Shown here piece after piece: positions 1 through 14,283 of a DNA stretch of 64,000 nucleotides. The notes under the pieces were generated by a model that did not search any database, was not told the DNA's origin, and was given only the letters and a program-made list of their open reading frames with translations. The translations under genes were made by a program, and so were the position numbers. How positions within the stretch are numbered: the stretch's first letter is position 1; the number at the start of each line of letters is the position of its first letter. The DNA comes from Candidatus Tenderia sp. (GTDB lineage Bacteria > Pseudomonadota > Gammaproteobacteria > Tenderiales > Tenderiaceae): positions 19,138 to 83,137 of the forward strand of contig JANOSY010000031.1 of NCBI GenBank assembly GCA_031416075.1, in the 5' to 3' direction.

Positions 1-840
1 GTTATTAACCTCACGCAACCCCTTCTCCGTCATGGCAAATACACCCAACTCATTCACCGCGCCAAAACGGTTTTTGATGGCCCGCACCACCCGGAACTGG
101 CTGCTGGGGTCCCCCTCAAAATAGAGCACCGTATCCACCATATGCTCCAGCACCCGTGGCCCCGCCAGTGTCCCCTCTTTGGTCACGTGTCCCACCAGAA
201 ACAGCGCTGTGCCGCTCTGCTTGGCGTAACGGACCAGCTGTGCCGCACTCTCACGCACCTGGGCCACAGAGCCAGGGGCCGACTGCAACTGCTCGGTATA
301 GATAGTCTGGATAGAGTCGACTACCATCGCCTGCGGCTGCTCATGTTGGGCATGGGCAATAATCGCCTCAACGTTGGTCTCGGCCAGCAGCCGCACCTCA
401 TCCGCTGCCAGACTCAGGCGATGGGCGTGCATACTGACCTGCTCCAGCGACTCCTCCCCTGTCACATATAGGGTTTTGATCTGCTCGCTGAGTTGAGCCA
501 CCGTCTGTAACAGCAGAGTCGACTTGCCAACCCCCGGATCACCGCCGATCAAAATGACAGAGCCCGGTACTAGGCCTCCACCCAATACCCGGTCAAGCTC
601 ACGCTGCCCCGTAGGAGTACGTGCCACATCCCCCGGCTGAACCGCCGACAGTTTCTGCACCGCCGCCCGCTCCGTGGCACCGGCGTAACCGGCAAAGCGG
701 GGATTTGCCTTAGCCACCGCAGCGACTGCCGCTACTTCAACCAGGGAGTTCCAGGCGTTGCAGTCGGGACACTGCCCGCCCCACTTCGGCTGCTGAGCGC
801 CACATTCGGTACAGCTATAGAGTACTTTTGGTTTGGCCAT
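1..840 (-). CDS. radA: DNA repair protein RadA (N-terminal 280 aa; 3' end beyond window edge)
   Basis: Minus-strand frame open from position 1 to ATG at 838-840. Translation is MAKPKVLYSCTECGAQQPKWGGQCPDCNAWNS (CxxC..CxxC zinc finger) followed by Walker A GDPGVGKST. Not in the ORF track because it runs off the edge. Confidence 0.9.
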   Translation of the reverse strand, partial: MAKPKVLYSCTECGAQQPKWGGQCPDCNAWNSLVEVAAVAAVAKANPRFAGYAGATERAAVQKLSAVQPGDVARTPTGQRELDRVLGGGLVPGSVILIGGDPGVGKSTLLLQTVAQLSEQIKTLYVTGEESLEQVSMHAHRLSLAADEVRLLAETNVEAIIAHAQHEQPQAMVVDSIQTIYTEQLQSAPGSVAQVRESAAQLVRYAKQSGTALFLVGHVTKEGTLAGPRVLEHMVDTVLYFEGDPSSQFRVVRAIKNRFGAVNELGVFAMTEKGLREVNN

Positions 841-910
841 CGATATTTACTTAAATAAAACTGTAAGGGGATCGTTAATAACACGACAATAACCACATAG
901 CCACTCTACC

Positions 911-1573
911 ATGGTAAATAGAATGCGTCGAAAACCTACCTATATCATTTACTTCCTGCTCCTGGTCGGGCTGCCTGCAATACTCCAGGCAGAGGAGATA
1001 AAGATCGGCCAGTTTAGCGCCGGTGAGCTGGTCGGCTGGCAAGAGAAATCCTTTGCCGGCCATACCCAGTACCAGATTATCACCCTGCCCCAAGGCAAGG
1101 CACTGCAGGCCAAGAGCAACGGCACGGCGTCGGGGTTATTCAAAGAGGTCACCATCGATCTCACCAAAACCCCATGGCTCAACTGGTCATGGCGCATCGA
1201 CAATACCCTGAGCGGCAATAACGAACGCAACAAAAAAGGGGATGACTATCCAGCCCGAGTCTACGTGGTTGTCTCTGGCGGCCTCTTTTTCTGGAAAACG
1301 TTAGCACTCAACTACGTCTGGTCCAACCAGCAGGCCATCAACTCCCGCTGGGACAACCCCTACACCAGCAACGCAAAAATGGTCGCCGTACGCTCAGGTA
1401 CAACTGAGACCGGGGAATGGGTCAGCCAAAAGCAGAATGTATTAGAGGATTTGCAGAAGGCCTTTGGCAAAGAGATCACCACAATCCACGCCATCGCTGT
1501 GATGACCGACAGCGACAATACTGGCATACCCACCACCGCACTATACGGTGATATTTTTTTCAGCGACCGCTAA
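911..1573 (+). CDS. Secreted hypothetical protein, DUF3047-like
   Basis: 220-aa ORF with a hydrophobic N-terminal signal-like segment (YIIYFLLLVGLPAILQA). The KKGDDYPARVYVV motif recalls DUF3047; the family name is from memory only. Confidence 0.5.
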   Translation: MVNRMRRKPTYIIYFLLLVGLPAILQAEEIKIGQFSAGELVGWQEKSFAGHTQYQIITLPQGKALQAKSNGTASGLFKEVTIDLTKTPWLNWSWRIDNTLSGNNERNKKGDDYPARVYVVVSGGLFFWKTLALNYVWSNQQAINSRWDNPYTSNAKMVAVRSGTTETGEWVSQKQNVLEDLQKAFGKEITTIHAIAVMTDSDNTGIPTTALYGDIFFSDR

Positions 1574-1659
1574 ACAACCTTAAAACAGCACCGTAAGCTG
1601 AAGTTTTTAAAGATATATGGATAAAAAACAGAGGTGGAGAATAAAAAGAAGATATTGAC

Positions 1660-1736
1660 TGGTCGGAGCGGGGAGATTCGAACTCCCGACCCCCACAACC
1701 CCATTGTGGTGCGCTACCAAGCTGCGCTACGCTCCG
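1660..1736 (-). tRNA. tRNA-Pro (anticodon GGG)
   Basis: Cloverleaf by eye: acceptor CGGAGCG/CGCTCCG, D arm GCGC..GCGC, anticodon stem CCACA/TGTGG with loop AT-GGG-GT, T arm GGGAG-TTCGAAT-CTCCC, encoded CCA. Confidence 0.9.
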
Positions 1737-1846
1737 AAAATTTTACGCTTTAATGCAGATTTAACACAGTCGATGAAAATTGTTTGGGGTTAATCATCGA
1801 AGGTCGGCATGATACTGAATTTAAAACCATTACACCAGCGGGAATA

Positions 1847-2203
1847 CTACTTTTTTAACAATACCAGCAGCGCTTCAAGCTCAAGCAACATCTCTTGCAC
1901 CATGGTCTGATGGTGGCTGACATCGCTCTTTGTCTCTGGCCCCGATAGCTGTTGTCTGGCACCACCAATCGTGAACCCCTGCTCGTACAACAATCCACGT
2001 ATCTGACGAATCATGATGACGTCGTGGCGCTGATAATAACGCCTATTGCCACGCCGTTTTAACGGTTTGAGCTGTGGAAACTCCTGTTCCCAATAACGAA
2101 GAACATGGGGTTTAACCCCACACAGATCCCCTACTTCACCGATGGTAAAGTAACGTTTTGCCGGGATCTGTGGCAGTTCACTATTGTTTGCGGCTTCCAG
2201 CAT
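1847..2203 (-). CDS. MerR-family transcriptional regulator
   Basis: 118 aa. N-terminal [28 protein letters not shown] is typical of MerR. It sits in the conserved position downstream of ihfA. Confidence 0.8.
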   Translation of the reverse strand: MLEAANNSELPQIPAKRYFTIGEVGDLCGVKPHVLRYWEQEFPQLKPLKRRGNRRYYQRHDVIMIRQIRGLLYEQGFTIGGARQQLSGPETKSDVSHHQTMVQEMLLELEALLVLLKK

Positions 2204-2483
2204 ACGCCTCCACCCTCGCCTTCAGCTTTTGCCCAGGATGAAACGTCACCACACGCCGTGCGGTAATCGGAATCTCTTCACCCGTTTTAGGATTACGTCC
2301 TGGTCTTTCGTTTTTATCGCGCAGATTAAAGTTACCAAAACCGGATAGCTTTACCTGACGGCCATTTTCCAAGGCCCCGCGAATCTCTTCAAAAAACATC
2401 TCGACGAGCTCCTTGGCTTCACGTTTGTTGAGTCCAAGTTCCTCAAACAGCCTTTCGGCCATCTCTGCTTTTGTTAACGCCAT
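2181..2483 (-). CDS. ihfA: Integration host factor subunit alpha
   Basis: 100 aa, [28 protein letters not shown]...[20 protein letters not shown]. Sits in pheST-ihfA synteny. Confidence 0.95.
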   Translation of the reverse strand: MALTKAEMAERLFEELGLNKREAKELVEMFFEEIRGALENGRQVKLSGFGNFNLRDKNERPGRNPKTGEEIPITARRVVTFHPGQKLKARVEAYAGSRKQ

Positions 2484-2490
2484 GGGTTAA

Positions 2491-4869
2491 TCACTCTCTT
2501 AGCGTTGCATTAAAATCTTGTTTTAGTTGTTTTAGTACATTAGAAATGAGGCCATCCACTTCCTGATCCGTTAGAGTGCGTGAACTATCTTGAAAGGTCA
2601 AGCCCAATGCTAGGCTTTTACTACCAGATTCAATACCTTCGCCACTATAAACATCAAACAGATTCAGTTTCAGCAGATACGGTTTTGACGCCGCAACAAT
2701 ACTCTGCTGCACTTGTCTGGCTGGCACACTGCTCGCTACCACCACGGCCAAATCCCGCCTGACCGTGGGGTATTTGGAGATTTCAACAAATGCTGGCTTG
2801 GCCGCCACATCCAGTACATGAGCATCCACCTCGAACAGATAAACCGGGCCGGTTAATCCCAGCTCTTTTTCAAGGGCAGGGTGTAATTTCCCCAACCACC
2901 CTAACGGCTTGCCGTCACAACTCTTGATAGCGGCGGACTGCCCTGGATGGAGTGCCGGGTGTGCCGCTGCCACAAATTCATGGCTTGTACCACTGCCAAC
3001 CAGCCCTAACAGTGCCTCCACATCGGCCTTGATGTCATAAAAGTCGACTTTACGGGCGGGTATCCCCCACTGTTCCGCAACTAGCTCTCCGGATATCAGG
3101 CCTGAAATAATCTTCTCTTCAACAATGGCACCGCCCTGGCGTGAAAATTTAACACCAAACTCAAACAGCCTGATGCGCGCCTGCTGCCGCTTCTGATTAT
3201 GCGAAAAGACCTGCAACAATCCCGGCCAGAGGGAAGTACGCATCACCGACATGTCCGCTGAGATCGGATTGGCCAAGGAGATAGATTTAATCCCGGGGTT
3301 CACCCGCTCTTGCAGCTGCTCATCAACAAAGCTGTAGGTGATGGCCTCCTGATAACCACGATCAACCAGCAGCGTGCGGCCACGAGATTGGCTCACCTGT
3401 AGCTCTGTCGGCAGTCTAACCTCCATGGATATCGCTGGCATCTCTGTTGGCAGACGGTCATAGCCGTAAATACGACCAATCTCCTCAATCAAATCAGCCT
3501 CAATTGTGAGATCAAAGCGGAAACTGGGCGGGGTTACCAACCACTGCTCAGGCTGTTTCTGAATCTCCATACCTAACGACAGCAATATTTTTTCAATCTG
3601 TACCGGCGATAACTCAAGCCCCAAAATACGCTCAACCCGCGCTAAACGCAGGGCAATCGGTGTCCGTTTTGGTAGGTGCTCATCAATGCTCACCTCGGTC
3701 AACGCACCAGCCTCTCCCCCCACAATCTCCAGCAACAGCTCGGTGGCACGTCGCATCGCCTTAACCGGCAGCTCATAATCAACCCCGCGTTCAAAGCGGT
3801 GTGAGGAGTCCGTATGCAGGCCATATTGGCGGGCACACCCCATCAACCCAGAAGGTGTAAAAAAGGCACTCTCCAAAAATATCTCTGTTGTGTTGTCTGT
3901 TACCGCTGACTCATCGCCGCCCATCACACCGGCCATCGCCAACGGTTTGCGATGGTCAGCAATGATCAATGTCTCCGGGGTCAATTCAACACTCTGGCCA
4001 TCGAGTAGCTTCAGCGACTCTCCTGCCAGCGCATGCCGCACATTGATACCGCCTTCGAGTTTGCTCAGATCAAAGGCGTGCATCGGCTGTCCCAGCTCCA
4101 GCATCACATAGTTGGTCACATCCACAATGGGGCTAATACTACGGACATCACAACGACGAAGGCGCTCCTGCATCCAGTTTGGCGTCTCTGCTGTGGGGTT
4201 TACCCCTCTTATGATACGCCCCACATAACGTGGGCACGCCTCAGGGGCCGATATCACCACCGCAAACTGATCCTGATGACTTGCCACGTCCACTTTAATC
4301 TCAACAGCCTGCAATGGCAGCTGATTAATCACCGCAACCTCACGGGCAATGCCCTGGATACTGAGGCAATCGCCACGGTTGGGGGTCAAACCTATCTCAA
4401 TGGTCACATCATCGAGCTGCAGGTAATCACGAATACTCATACCAGGGGTGGCATCAGCAGGCAGTATCATCAACCCATCGGCGCTCTCTGCCAAGCCAAT
4501 TTCCACTGCGGAGCAGAGCATGCCAAACGACTCCACACCACGCAGTTTTGAACGTTTAATCACCAACCCGCCAGGAAGCACGGCACCGATCATGGCCACC
4601 GGCACCTTCAGCCCATTAGCGACGTTGCTGGCGCCACAGACGATGACCAATAGCTCAGTGCCCACATTGACCTGACAGAGACGTAGGCGATCTGCATCAG
4701 GGTGCGGCTCGACTGACATCACCTCACCAATCACCACGTTGGAAAACGGCACCGCCACCGGCTCAATCGCATCCACTTCCAAGCCACACATGGTCAGCTG
4801 ATGTGACAACTGCTCGGTATTAACGGAAGGGTTTACCCACTCACGTAGCCACTGTTCGCTAAATTTCAT
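2491..4869 (-). CDS. pheT: Phenylalanine--tRNA ligase beta subunit
   Basis: 792 aa starting MKFSEQWLREWVNP. Size and position after pheS fit. Confidence 0.95.
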   Translation of the reverse strand: MKFSEQWLREWVNPSVNTEQLSHQLTMCGLEVDAIEPVAVPFSNVVIGEVMSVEPHPDADRLRLCQVNVGTELLVIVCGASNVANGLKVPVAMIGAVLPGGLVIKRSKLRGVESFGMLCSAVEIGLAESADGLMILPADATPGMSIRDYLQLDDVTIEIGLTPNRGDCLSIQGIAREVAVINQLPLQAVEIKVDVASHQDQFAVVISAPEACPRYVGRIIRGVNPTAETPNWMQERLRRCDVRSISPIVDVTNYVMLELGQPMHAFDLSKLEGGINVRHALAGESLKLLDGQSVELTPETLIIADHRKPLAMAGVMGGDESAVTDNTTEIFLESAFFTPSGLMGCARQYGLHTDSSHRFERGVDYELPVKAMRRATELLLEIVGGEAGALTEVSIDEHLPKRTPIALRLARVERILGLELSPVQIEKILLSLGMEIQKQPEQWLVTPPSFRFDLTIEADLIEEIGRIYGYDRLPTEMPAISMEVRLPTELQVSQSRGRTLLVDRGYQEAITYSFVDEQLQERVNPGIKSISLANPISADMSVMRTSLWPGLLQVFSHNQKRQQARIRLFEFGVKFSRQGGAIVEEKIISGLISGELVAEQWGIPARKVDFYDIKADVEALLGLVGSGTSHEFVAAAHPALHPGQSAAIKSCDGKPLGWLGKLHPALEKELGLTGPVYLFEVDAHVLDVAAKPAFVEISKYPTVRRDLAVVVASSVPARQVQQSIVAASKPYLLKLNLFDVYSGEGIESGSKSLALGLTFQDSSRTLTDQEVDGLISNVLKQLKQDFNATLRE

Positions 4870-4926
4870 CGTCCAAAGCCTTATATTGAATCACACCCCA
4901 CGCGACGGCGGCGGCTGTATAGTTGT

Positions 4927-5961
<1,035 letters not shown>

Positions 5962-5984
5962 TTATTTTTAGCGGCGCTTAATAC

Positions 5985-6013
5985 AAAAAGGGGAAGGCTT
6001 TGCCTTCCCCTTT
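5985..6013 (-). terminator. Rho-independent terminator between rplT and pheS
   Basis: Stem GGGGAAGGC / GCCTTCCCC with a 3-4 nt loop, followed by a T5 run on the minus strand. Confidence 0.75.
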
Positions 6014-6061
6014 CAGATACACTCAACTCACACCACCATATTTACGGTGTGATGAGAGGGA

Positions 6062-6415
6062 TTACAGGCTCGCTTTTGCTTTATCCGCCAAAGCGCCAAA
6101 GGCAACCTTGTCGTACACTGCCAGATCGGCCAATACCTTCCGGTCAATCTCAACCGCTGCCTTCTTCAGACCATTAATCATACGGCTGTATGACAGGCCA
6201 CACTCACGGGCTGCAGCGTTGATACGCGCAATCCAGAGCGCACGGAACTGACGCTTGCGTTGACGACGGTCACGATAGGCATATTGACCTGCTTTGGTCA
6301 CAGCCTGCACAGCAACACGGTAGACATTTCTACGCATGCCACGGTAGCCCTTAGCCAGCTTCATCACCTTTTTGTGACGTGCTCTGGCAGTAACACCACG
6401 TTTAACTCTTGGCAT
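6062..6415 (-). CDS. rplT: 50S ribosomal protein L20
   Basis: 117 aa, [17 protein letters not shown]... Confidence 0.97.
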   Translation of the reverse strand: MPRVKRGVTARARHKKVMKLAKGYRGMRRNVYRVAVQAVTKAGQYAYRDRRQRKRQFRALWIARINAAARECGLSYSRMINGLKKAAVEIDRKVLADLAVYDKVAFGALADKAKASL

Positions 6416-6436
6416 TTTTCTTTACTCCAAATCCAA

Positions 6437-6634
6437 TTAGCAATAAGGCAACAATCTGCGTACTGATGGTTTGTCAGCGGCAGAGACCATGGCAGGGTTG
6501 CGCAGCTGACGCTTACGCTTGGTGCTCTTTTTGGTCAAAATATGTCTACGGAATCCTGAGCCACGTTTAAAATGGCCAGAACCCGTCGCCTTAAAGCGTT
6601 TGGCAGCGCCTCTATGAGTTTTCATCTTCGGCAT
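6437..6634 (-). CDS. rpmI: 50S ribosomal protein L35
   Basis: 65 aa, [20 protein letters not shown]... Confidence 0.97.
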   Translation of the reverse strand: MPKMKTHRGAAKRFKATGSGHFKRGSGFRRHILTKKSTKRKRQLRNPAMVSAADKPSVRRLLPYC

Positions 6635-6681
6635 CTTCTATTTCTCCGAACTACTTTGTTAATCAGCAGCAGTAGGTAGGT

Positions 6682-7206
6682 CTATATGACCTTTTTCTTT
6701 GGTGATAACACCATAACCATCTGCCGGCCTTCCATCTTGGGGAACTGCTCAACCTGGCCAATCTCAATAAGATCAACCTCAACACGTTTAAGCAACTTCA
6801 TACCAAGTTCTTGATGGGCCATCTCACGTCCGCGAAAACGGAGTGTGATCTTGGCCTTGTCTCCTTCAGTCAGGAAACGCACCAGATTACGTAACTTAAT
6901 CTGATAGTCTCCCTCCTCGGTGCCAGGGCGAAACTTCACCTCTTTCACCTGAATCTGTTTCTGTTTTTTCTTGGCTATCTGGCGCTTTTTGTTCTCTTCG
7001 AACACATATTTGCCATAATCCATAACACGGCAAACTGGCGGCACCGCCGTGGGGGAAACTTCAACCAAGTCATGCTCAGATTCGCTGGAAAATTGCAGCG
7101 CCTGTTCAATCGTCATGACCCCCATCATATTGCCCTCAGCATCAATGACACGTACCTCGCGAGAGGTTATCTCATCATTAATCCGGACCTTTTTTTCAGC
7201 AGCGAT
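6682..7206 (-). CDS. infC: Translation initiation factor IF-3 (non-AUG start, ATC at 7204-7206 or downstream ATT)
   Basis: The ORF-track Met would cut off the conserved N-terminus. The frame stays open up to the thrS stop and reads [25 protein letters not shown], matching the IF-3 N-domain. There is no ATG/GTG/TTG in that stretch. Confidence 0.85.
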   Translation of the reverse strand: MAAEKKVRINDEITSREVRVIDAEGNMMGVMTIEQALQFSSESEHDLVEVSPTAVPPVCRVMDYGKYVFEENKKRQIAKKKQKQIQVKEVKFRPGTEEGDYQIKLRNLVRFLTEGDKAKITLRFRGREMAHQELGMKLLKRVEVDLIEIGQVEQFPKMEGRQMVMVLSPKKKVI

Positions 7207-7209
7207 ACT

Positions 7210-9135
7210 TTATTCCTCCAAAACGGCGCGACCATAGCGCGCGGACTCAGTGGTTAACAGGGTCAAAAGGGTATCCACATCCATAACCCCCAGATCCTCA
7301 CCACTACGCGTGCGAACAGCCACTGTTCGATTTTCCACCTCCCGGTCACCCAGAACCAGGAGATATGGTACCTTCAAAAGCGTATGTTCGCGGATTTTAA
7401 AGCCTATTTTCTCATTTCTCAAGTCCGTCTTGGCCCTGAAACCACGATCTGAGAGTGTTTTTGCTATCTCTTTAGCAAATTCCGTCTGACGATCGGTAAT
7501 ACTCATCACCATTGCTTGGGTAGGAGCCAACCAAAGTGGCATCGCACCTGCACAGTTTTCAATCAGAATCCCGATGAATCGCTCCAGCGAACCCAAGATG
7601 GCGCGATGCAGCATAACAGGCACTTGGCGAGTGCTATCTTCGTCGATAAAACTGGCCCCCAAACGCCCCGGTGTTGAGAAGTCGACCTGAATAGTACCGC
7701 ACTGCCAGACCCGACCGATACAGTCCTTAAGCGAAAACTCTATCTTTGGTCCATAAAAGGCACCTTCGCCCGGCTGCAAATCCCAAGCCAAGCCTTTATT
7801 ATTCAACGCCATCTCGAGGGCTTGTTCAGCTTTATCCCAGACTTCATCTGAACCTACCCGGCTTTCCGGACGGGTGGAGAGTTTGATGATGACCTCGTTA
7901 AACCCAAAATCCGCGTACACATCATAGAGCAGATCAATAAACGTAGAGACCTCAGCCTGTACTTGTTCTTCGGTACAGAAGATGTGGGCATCATCCTGCA
8001 CAAAGTTCCGTACACGCATCAAACCGTGCAATGTACCGGAGGGTTCATTGCGATGGCAGGAGCCAAACTCCGCCATACGTAGCGGCAGATCCCTGTAGCT
8101 CCTCAACCCCTGGTTGAATATCTGCACATGACACGGGCAGTTCATCGGTTTAACGGCGTAGTCCCGATTTTCTGACGATGTAGTGAACATCATATGCTGG
8201 AATTTCTCCCAGTGACCTGAACGCTCCCACAAACTACGATCCACCACCTGTGGTGTTCGCACCTCCTGATAATCGTGCTGGCGCAGCTTTTTACGGATGT
8301 ACTGCTCAACTTCCTGCCAAATTTTCCAGCCGTTGTCATGCCAGAAGACCATGCCGGGAGCCTCTTCCTGGGTATGGAACAGGTCAAGCTGCTTGGCGAT
8401 TTTACGATGATCGCGTTTTTCAGCCTCTTCCAGGCGGTGCAGATACTCCTTCAGGTCTTTTTTATTGTTCCAGGCGGTGCCATACACACGCTGCAGCATC
8501 TCGTTTTTGGAGTCGCCGCGCCAGTAGGCCCCCGCCAGCTTCATCAGCTTGAATGCCTTTAGCTTGCCTGTAGAAGGCACATGCGGGCCACGACAGAGGT
8601 CCGTAAAATCACCCTGTTTGTAGAGTGATAACGCCTCGCCCTGGGGAATATCTTCGATGATCTTGGCCTTGTACTCTTCGCCAATACTGCGGAAGAATGC
8701 AACCGCTTCATCACGAACCATCACCGAGCGCTCGACTGGAATATCCTGTTTCACCAGCTCTTCCATACGTGCTTCAATGGCCGCCATGTCTTCAGGCGTA
8801 AATCCCGCCTTATAGGCAAAATCATAGTAGAAACCATTGTCAATCACCGGGCCAATGGTCACCTGGGCCGAAGGGAATAGCTGCTTAACCGCCTGGGCCA
8901 GCAGATGTGCGCTGGAGTGGCGCACCACTTCCAGCCCCTCTTCATCCCGCTCTGTAACAATGGCAAGGGCAACGTCGGACTCGATAAGATAGGAGGCGTC
9001 TACCAACACACCATCCACTTTGCCTGCCAGCGTCGCTTTGGCCAGTCCCGTACCAATATCAGCCGCCACATCATAAACAGTGAGCGATTGGTCAAAGGTG
9101 CGTTTGCTTCCATCCGGCAGAGTAACAACTGGCAT
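7210..9135 (-). CDS. thrS: Threonine--tRNA ligase
   Basis: 641 aa, [14 protein letters not shown]... (TGS domain) plus a class II core. Sits in thrS-infC-rpmI-rplT synteny. Confidence 0.97.
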   Translation of the reverse strand: MPVVTLPDGSKRTFDQSLTVYDVAADIGTGLAKATLAGKVDGVLVDASYLIESDVALAIVTERDEEGLEVVRHSSAHLLAQAVKQLFPSAQVTIGPVIDNGFYYDFAYKAGFTPEDMAAIEARMEELVKQDIPVERSVMVRDEAVAFFRSIGEEYKAKIIEDIPQGEALSLYKQGDFTDLCRGPHVPSTGKLKAFKLMKLAGAYWRGDSKNEMLQRVYGTAWNNKKDLKEYLHRLEEAEKRDHRKIAKQLDLFHTQEEAPGMVFWHDNGWKIWQEVEQYIRKKLRQHDYQEVRTPQVVDRSLWERSGHWEKFQHMMFTTSSENRDYAVKPMNCPCHVQIFNQGLRSYRDLPLRMAEFGSCHRNEPSGTLHGLMRVRNFVQDDAHIFCTEEQVQAEVSTFIDLLYDVYADFGFNEVIIKLSTRPESRVGSDEVWDKAEQALEMALNNKGLAWDLQPGEGAFYGPKIEFSLKDCIGRVWQCGTIQVDFSTPGRLGASFIDEDSTRQVPVMLHRAILGSLERFIGILIENCAGAMPLWLAPTQAMVMSITDRQTEFAKEIAKTLSDRGFRAKTDLRNEKIGFKIREHTLLKVPYLLVLGDREVENRTVAVRTRSGEDLGVMDVDTLLTLLTTESARYGRAVLEE

Positions 9136-9215
9136 CTATCTGTATCCCATTGCAAGTATGACTGCGGTCCCAAAACAAAAATACCGCGTATAAACGCGGT
9201 ATCTTCCCAAATTTA

Positions 9216-9292
9216 TGGTAGGCGCGATTGGACTCGAACCAACGACCCCCACCATGTCAAGGTGGTGCTCTAACCAGCTGAGCTACGCGCCT
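9216..9292 (-). tRNA. tRNA-Val (anticodon GAC)
   Basis: Acceptor AGGCGCG/CGCGCCT, D arm TAGCTCAGCTGGTTAGAGCA, anticodon stem CCACC/GGTGG with loop TT-GAC-AT, T arm GTTGG-TTCGAGT-CCAAT, encoded CCA. Confidence 0.9.
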
Positions 9293-9563
9293 ACTAAGAA
9301 GGCGATATTATACGGCGTAAAATATTACTGTCAACACTCCGATAAATTGCGTTATGTCGCTAATGTAATTACAAAAAATGACGTAAACTTAATTCCGTGA
9401 CATCCGATACATGAGCCGTTAAACCAGACCCATACACATCAATTCGAGGGGTTGTTATGATAAACGGAGATGTACCTCAAGCGTTATTCATCACTCAGCC
9501 CATGGTTGTGAGCTGTTTCTCCCCCAAAGGAGTAGCCCCCTTTCATCACATCGACATACGCTA

Positions 9564-11714
<2,151 letters not shown>

Positions 11715-11753
11715 ATGATAGGCCCGTGCCACTTAGACCCATGCCCCACCAAC

Positions 11754-11780
11754 AAAAAGCGGCCATAAAGGCCGCTTTTT
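11754..11780. terminator. Bidirectional rho-independent terminator (glgX / thrC convergent)
   Basis: AAAAAGCGGCC-ATAA-GGCCGCTTTTT: perfect stem flanked by an A run and a T run. Confidence 0.85.
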
Positions 11781-11801
11781 ACAACTTAACTAGTGGCGTG
11801 A

Positions 11802-12884
11802 TTAACCAACCATGTTATCCAGTATCGCTTTTTTCACAGCCAGCATAGTCGCATCCACCGTCATCAGTGGTGAGGTGCTCTGTTTGATTGCGGTGTCAGG
11901 ATCTTTCAGACCATGCCCTGTCAGGGTGCAGACAATCTTGCTCCCTTCTGGGATCTTGCCGTTGTTGACGTCACGCATTGCACCGGCCAGTGCAGCAGCG
12001 GAAGCGGGCTCGCAGAAGATCCCCTCTTTTTCAGCCAACAGTTTCTGGGCGGCGAGGATATCTTCATCGCTACATTCATCAAACCAGCCGTTGGACTCCT
12101 TTTGGAGTTTCCAGGCCAGATCCCAGCTCTGGGGATGGCCGATACGGATGGCGGTGGCAACAGTTTCAGGATCATCCACCATGTGGCCACGGATGAACGG
12201 TGCAGAACCCGCTGCCTGGTAACCCACCATACGTGGCAGGTTGTTGACGATGCCGTGGTCGTGATACTCCTTGTACCCCATCCAGTGGGCGGAGATGTTG
12301 CCCGCATTGCCAACCGGCAGGCAGTGGAAATCTGGTGCTGAGCCCAGCTCCTCCACGATCTCAAATGCGGCGGTTTTCTGCCCCTGCAGGCGGTATGGAT
12401 TGATGGAGTTAACAATGGTCACCGGTGCCTCTTTGGCCACATCTTTCACCAGCTGCATGCCAACATCAAAGTTACCCTTGATCTGAATAACCACCGCGCC
12501 GTGCATCATCGCCTGCGACAGTTTACCTAGGGCGATCTTCCCTTCAGGTATCAATACAAAAGCAGTGATGCCCGCACGTGCAGCGTAGGCGGCAGCGGCG
12601 GCAGAGGTATTACCAGTAGAGGCACAGATAATCGCCTTGCTGCCTTCTTCTACCGCTTTGGTCACGGCCATACACATGCCACGATCTTTAAACGAACCGG
12701 TAGGGTTCAAACCTTCATACTTGACGTAGATCTCAACCTTTTTGCTCATCATCTTAGGGATGTTGTTCAGGCGGATTAACGGGGTATTACCCTCGCCAAG
12801 GCTGATGATGCGGGTATCATCGCTGATCGGCAGACGGTCACGATATTTTTCGATCAGTCCGGTGTAACGGGAACGGAAGGGCAT
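11802..12884 (-). CDS. thrC: Threonine synthase
   Basis: 360 aa. PLP-lysine context NPTGSFKDRG; lies downstream of hom. Confidence 0.9.
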   Translation of the reverse strand: MPFRSRYTGLIEKYRDRLPISDDTRIISLGEGNTPLIRLNNIPKMMSKKVEIYVKYEGLNPTGSFKDRGMCMAVTKAVEEGSKAIICASTGNTSAAAAAYAARAGITAFVLIPEGKIALGKLSQAMMHGAVVIQIKGNFDVGMQLVKDVAKEAPVTIVNSINPYRLQGQKTAAFEIVEELGSAPDFHCLPVGNAGNISAHWMGYKEYHDHGIVNNLPRMVGYQAAGSAPFIRGHMVDDPETVATAIRIGHPQSWDLAWKLQKESNGWFDECSDEDILAAQKLLAEKEGIFCEPASAAALAGAMRDVNNGKIPEGSKIVCTLTGHGLKDPDTAIKQSTSPLMTVDATMLAVKKAILDNMVG

Positions 12885-12966
12885 GTTGGACTCCTTAAGT
12901 ACACTATATATATTTGGATAATTCGGTTTTACACCCCCCCACTCATGGAAGGGGTGAGGGATAGTT

Positions 12967-14283
12967 TTATTTTCCGTCTAATGTCTCAAGACGAATACGC
13001 ACCACCTTGCCGGTGATGCTTGTCAGCGCCTCAATACAGCCGATGGCATCATTCATCTGCTTCTCACAAATGCGGTGAGTCAGGATGATCACGGGCACAG
13101 TGGCAACACCCTCGGCCTGCTCCTTCTGCAGGATCGCTTCGATACTGATACCGGCATCGGAGAGAATACGGGTCACATCGGCAAGCACGCCGGGTTTATC
13201 CTGTGCCTCCAGACGCAGATAGTAGGCGGTTTCAACGTCATCCATCGACAGTATTGGCAGATCAGAGAGCGCATCAGGCTGGAAGGCAAGATGGGGCACA
13301 CGGTTTTCAGGGTCTGCCGTCAAGGTACGCACCACATCTACCAGATCAGCAACTACGGCTGAAGCGGTTGCCTCGGCCCCCGCGCCGGCACCGTAGTAGA
13401 GTGTTGCCCCGACGGCATCACCTTTGACGAGAACAGCGTTCATCACACCATCCACATTGGCAATCAGACGACGTTCGGGGATCAGCGTCGGATGCACACG
13501 CAGCTCCACCCCTTTGTCCGTACGGCGTGAAATCCCCAAACTTTTAATACGATAACCCAGCTCTTCGGCGTAACTGACATCGGCGGCGGTGATATGGCTG
13601 ATGCCTTCGGTATAACACTTCTCAAATTGCAGCGGAATACCAAACGCAATGGAGGAGAGAATAGTGAGTTTATGGCCGGCATCGATCCCCTCAACATCAA
13701 AGGTCGGATCCGCCTCGGCGTACCCCAGCGCCTGTGCCTCGGCCAGCACATCGGCAAAATCACGCCCCTTGTCGCGCATCTCGGTCAGAATGAAGTTGCC
13801 GGTACCGTTGATAATGCCCGCCAGCCACTCAATCTTGTTACCCGCCAACCCTTCACGAATCGCCTTGATGATGGGAATACCACCGGCAACCGCCGCCTCA
13901 AACGCCACCATCACCCCTTTTGCATGGGCCGCCGCAAAAATCTCGTTACCATATTTGGCAATCAACGCCTTATTGGCCGTGATCACATGTTTGCCGTTAT
14001 CAATGGCTCGCATCACCAGTGTATAGGCGTCACTGGTACCACCGATCAGCTCAACCACCACCTCAACATCGGGGTGATCCACCACGGCTTGGGTGTCGCT
14101 GGTCAGGGTAATGTTGCTGGCATCAAAGGCACGGGGCTTTTTAATATCTCTGGCGGTGGCAATCACCACCTCAATGCCACGCCCTGCACGGCGCTGTATC
14201 TCATCTGCATTGCGCTGTAAAACAGTGACCGTGCCACCACCAACAGTGCCAAGCCCTAACAATCCCACTTTTACCGGTTTCAA
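12967..14283 (-). CDS. hom: Homoserine dehydrogenase
   Basis: 438 aa. N-terminal [14 protein letters not shown] fold and a C-terminal ACT-like region. Confidence 0.9.
   Translation of the reverse strand: MKPVKVGLLGLGTVGGGTVTVLQRNADEIQRRAGRGIEVVIATARDIKKPRAFDASNITLTSDTQAVVDHPDVEVVVELIGGTSDAYTLVMRAIDNGKHVITANKALIAKYGNEIFAAAHAKGVMVAFEAAVAGGIPIIKAIREGLAGNKIEWLAGIINGTGNFILTEMRDKGRDFADVLAEAQALGYAEADPTFDVEGIDAGHKLTILSSIAFGIPLQFEKCYTEGISHITAADVSYAEELGYRIKSLGISRRTDKGVELRVHPTLIPERRLIANVDGVMNAVLVKGDAVGATLYYGAGAGAEATASAVVADLVDVVRTLTADPENRVPHLAFQPDALSDLPILSMDDVETAYYLRLEAQDKPGVLADVTRILSDAGISIEAILQKEQAEGVATVPVIILTHRICEKQMNDAIGCIEALTSITGKVVRIRLETLDGK

Noticed and set aside
142-471. 109-aa plus-strand ORF
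   Set aside because: It lies antisense inside the strongly supported radA frame, has no SD, and has an Arg/Leu/Gln-rich shadow-ORF composition.
4033-4551. 172-aa plus-strand ORF, plus neighbours at 3890-4111 and 4448-4675
   Set aside because: All are antisense shadows of pheT, whose 792-aa frame is unambiguous.
9215-9400. 61-aa plus-strand ORF
   Set aside because: Its 5' part is the complement of tRNA-Val, so it is an artefact.
13594-14220. 208-aa plus-strand ORF
   Set aside because: It is antisense to hom. Long open antisense frames are expected in GC-rich coding DNA, and it has no recognisable motifs.
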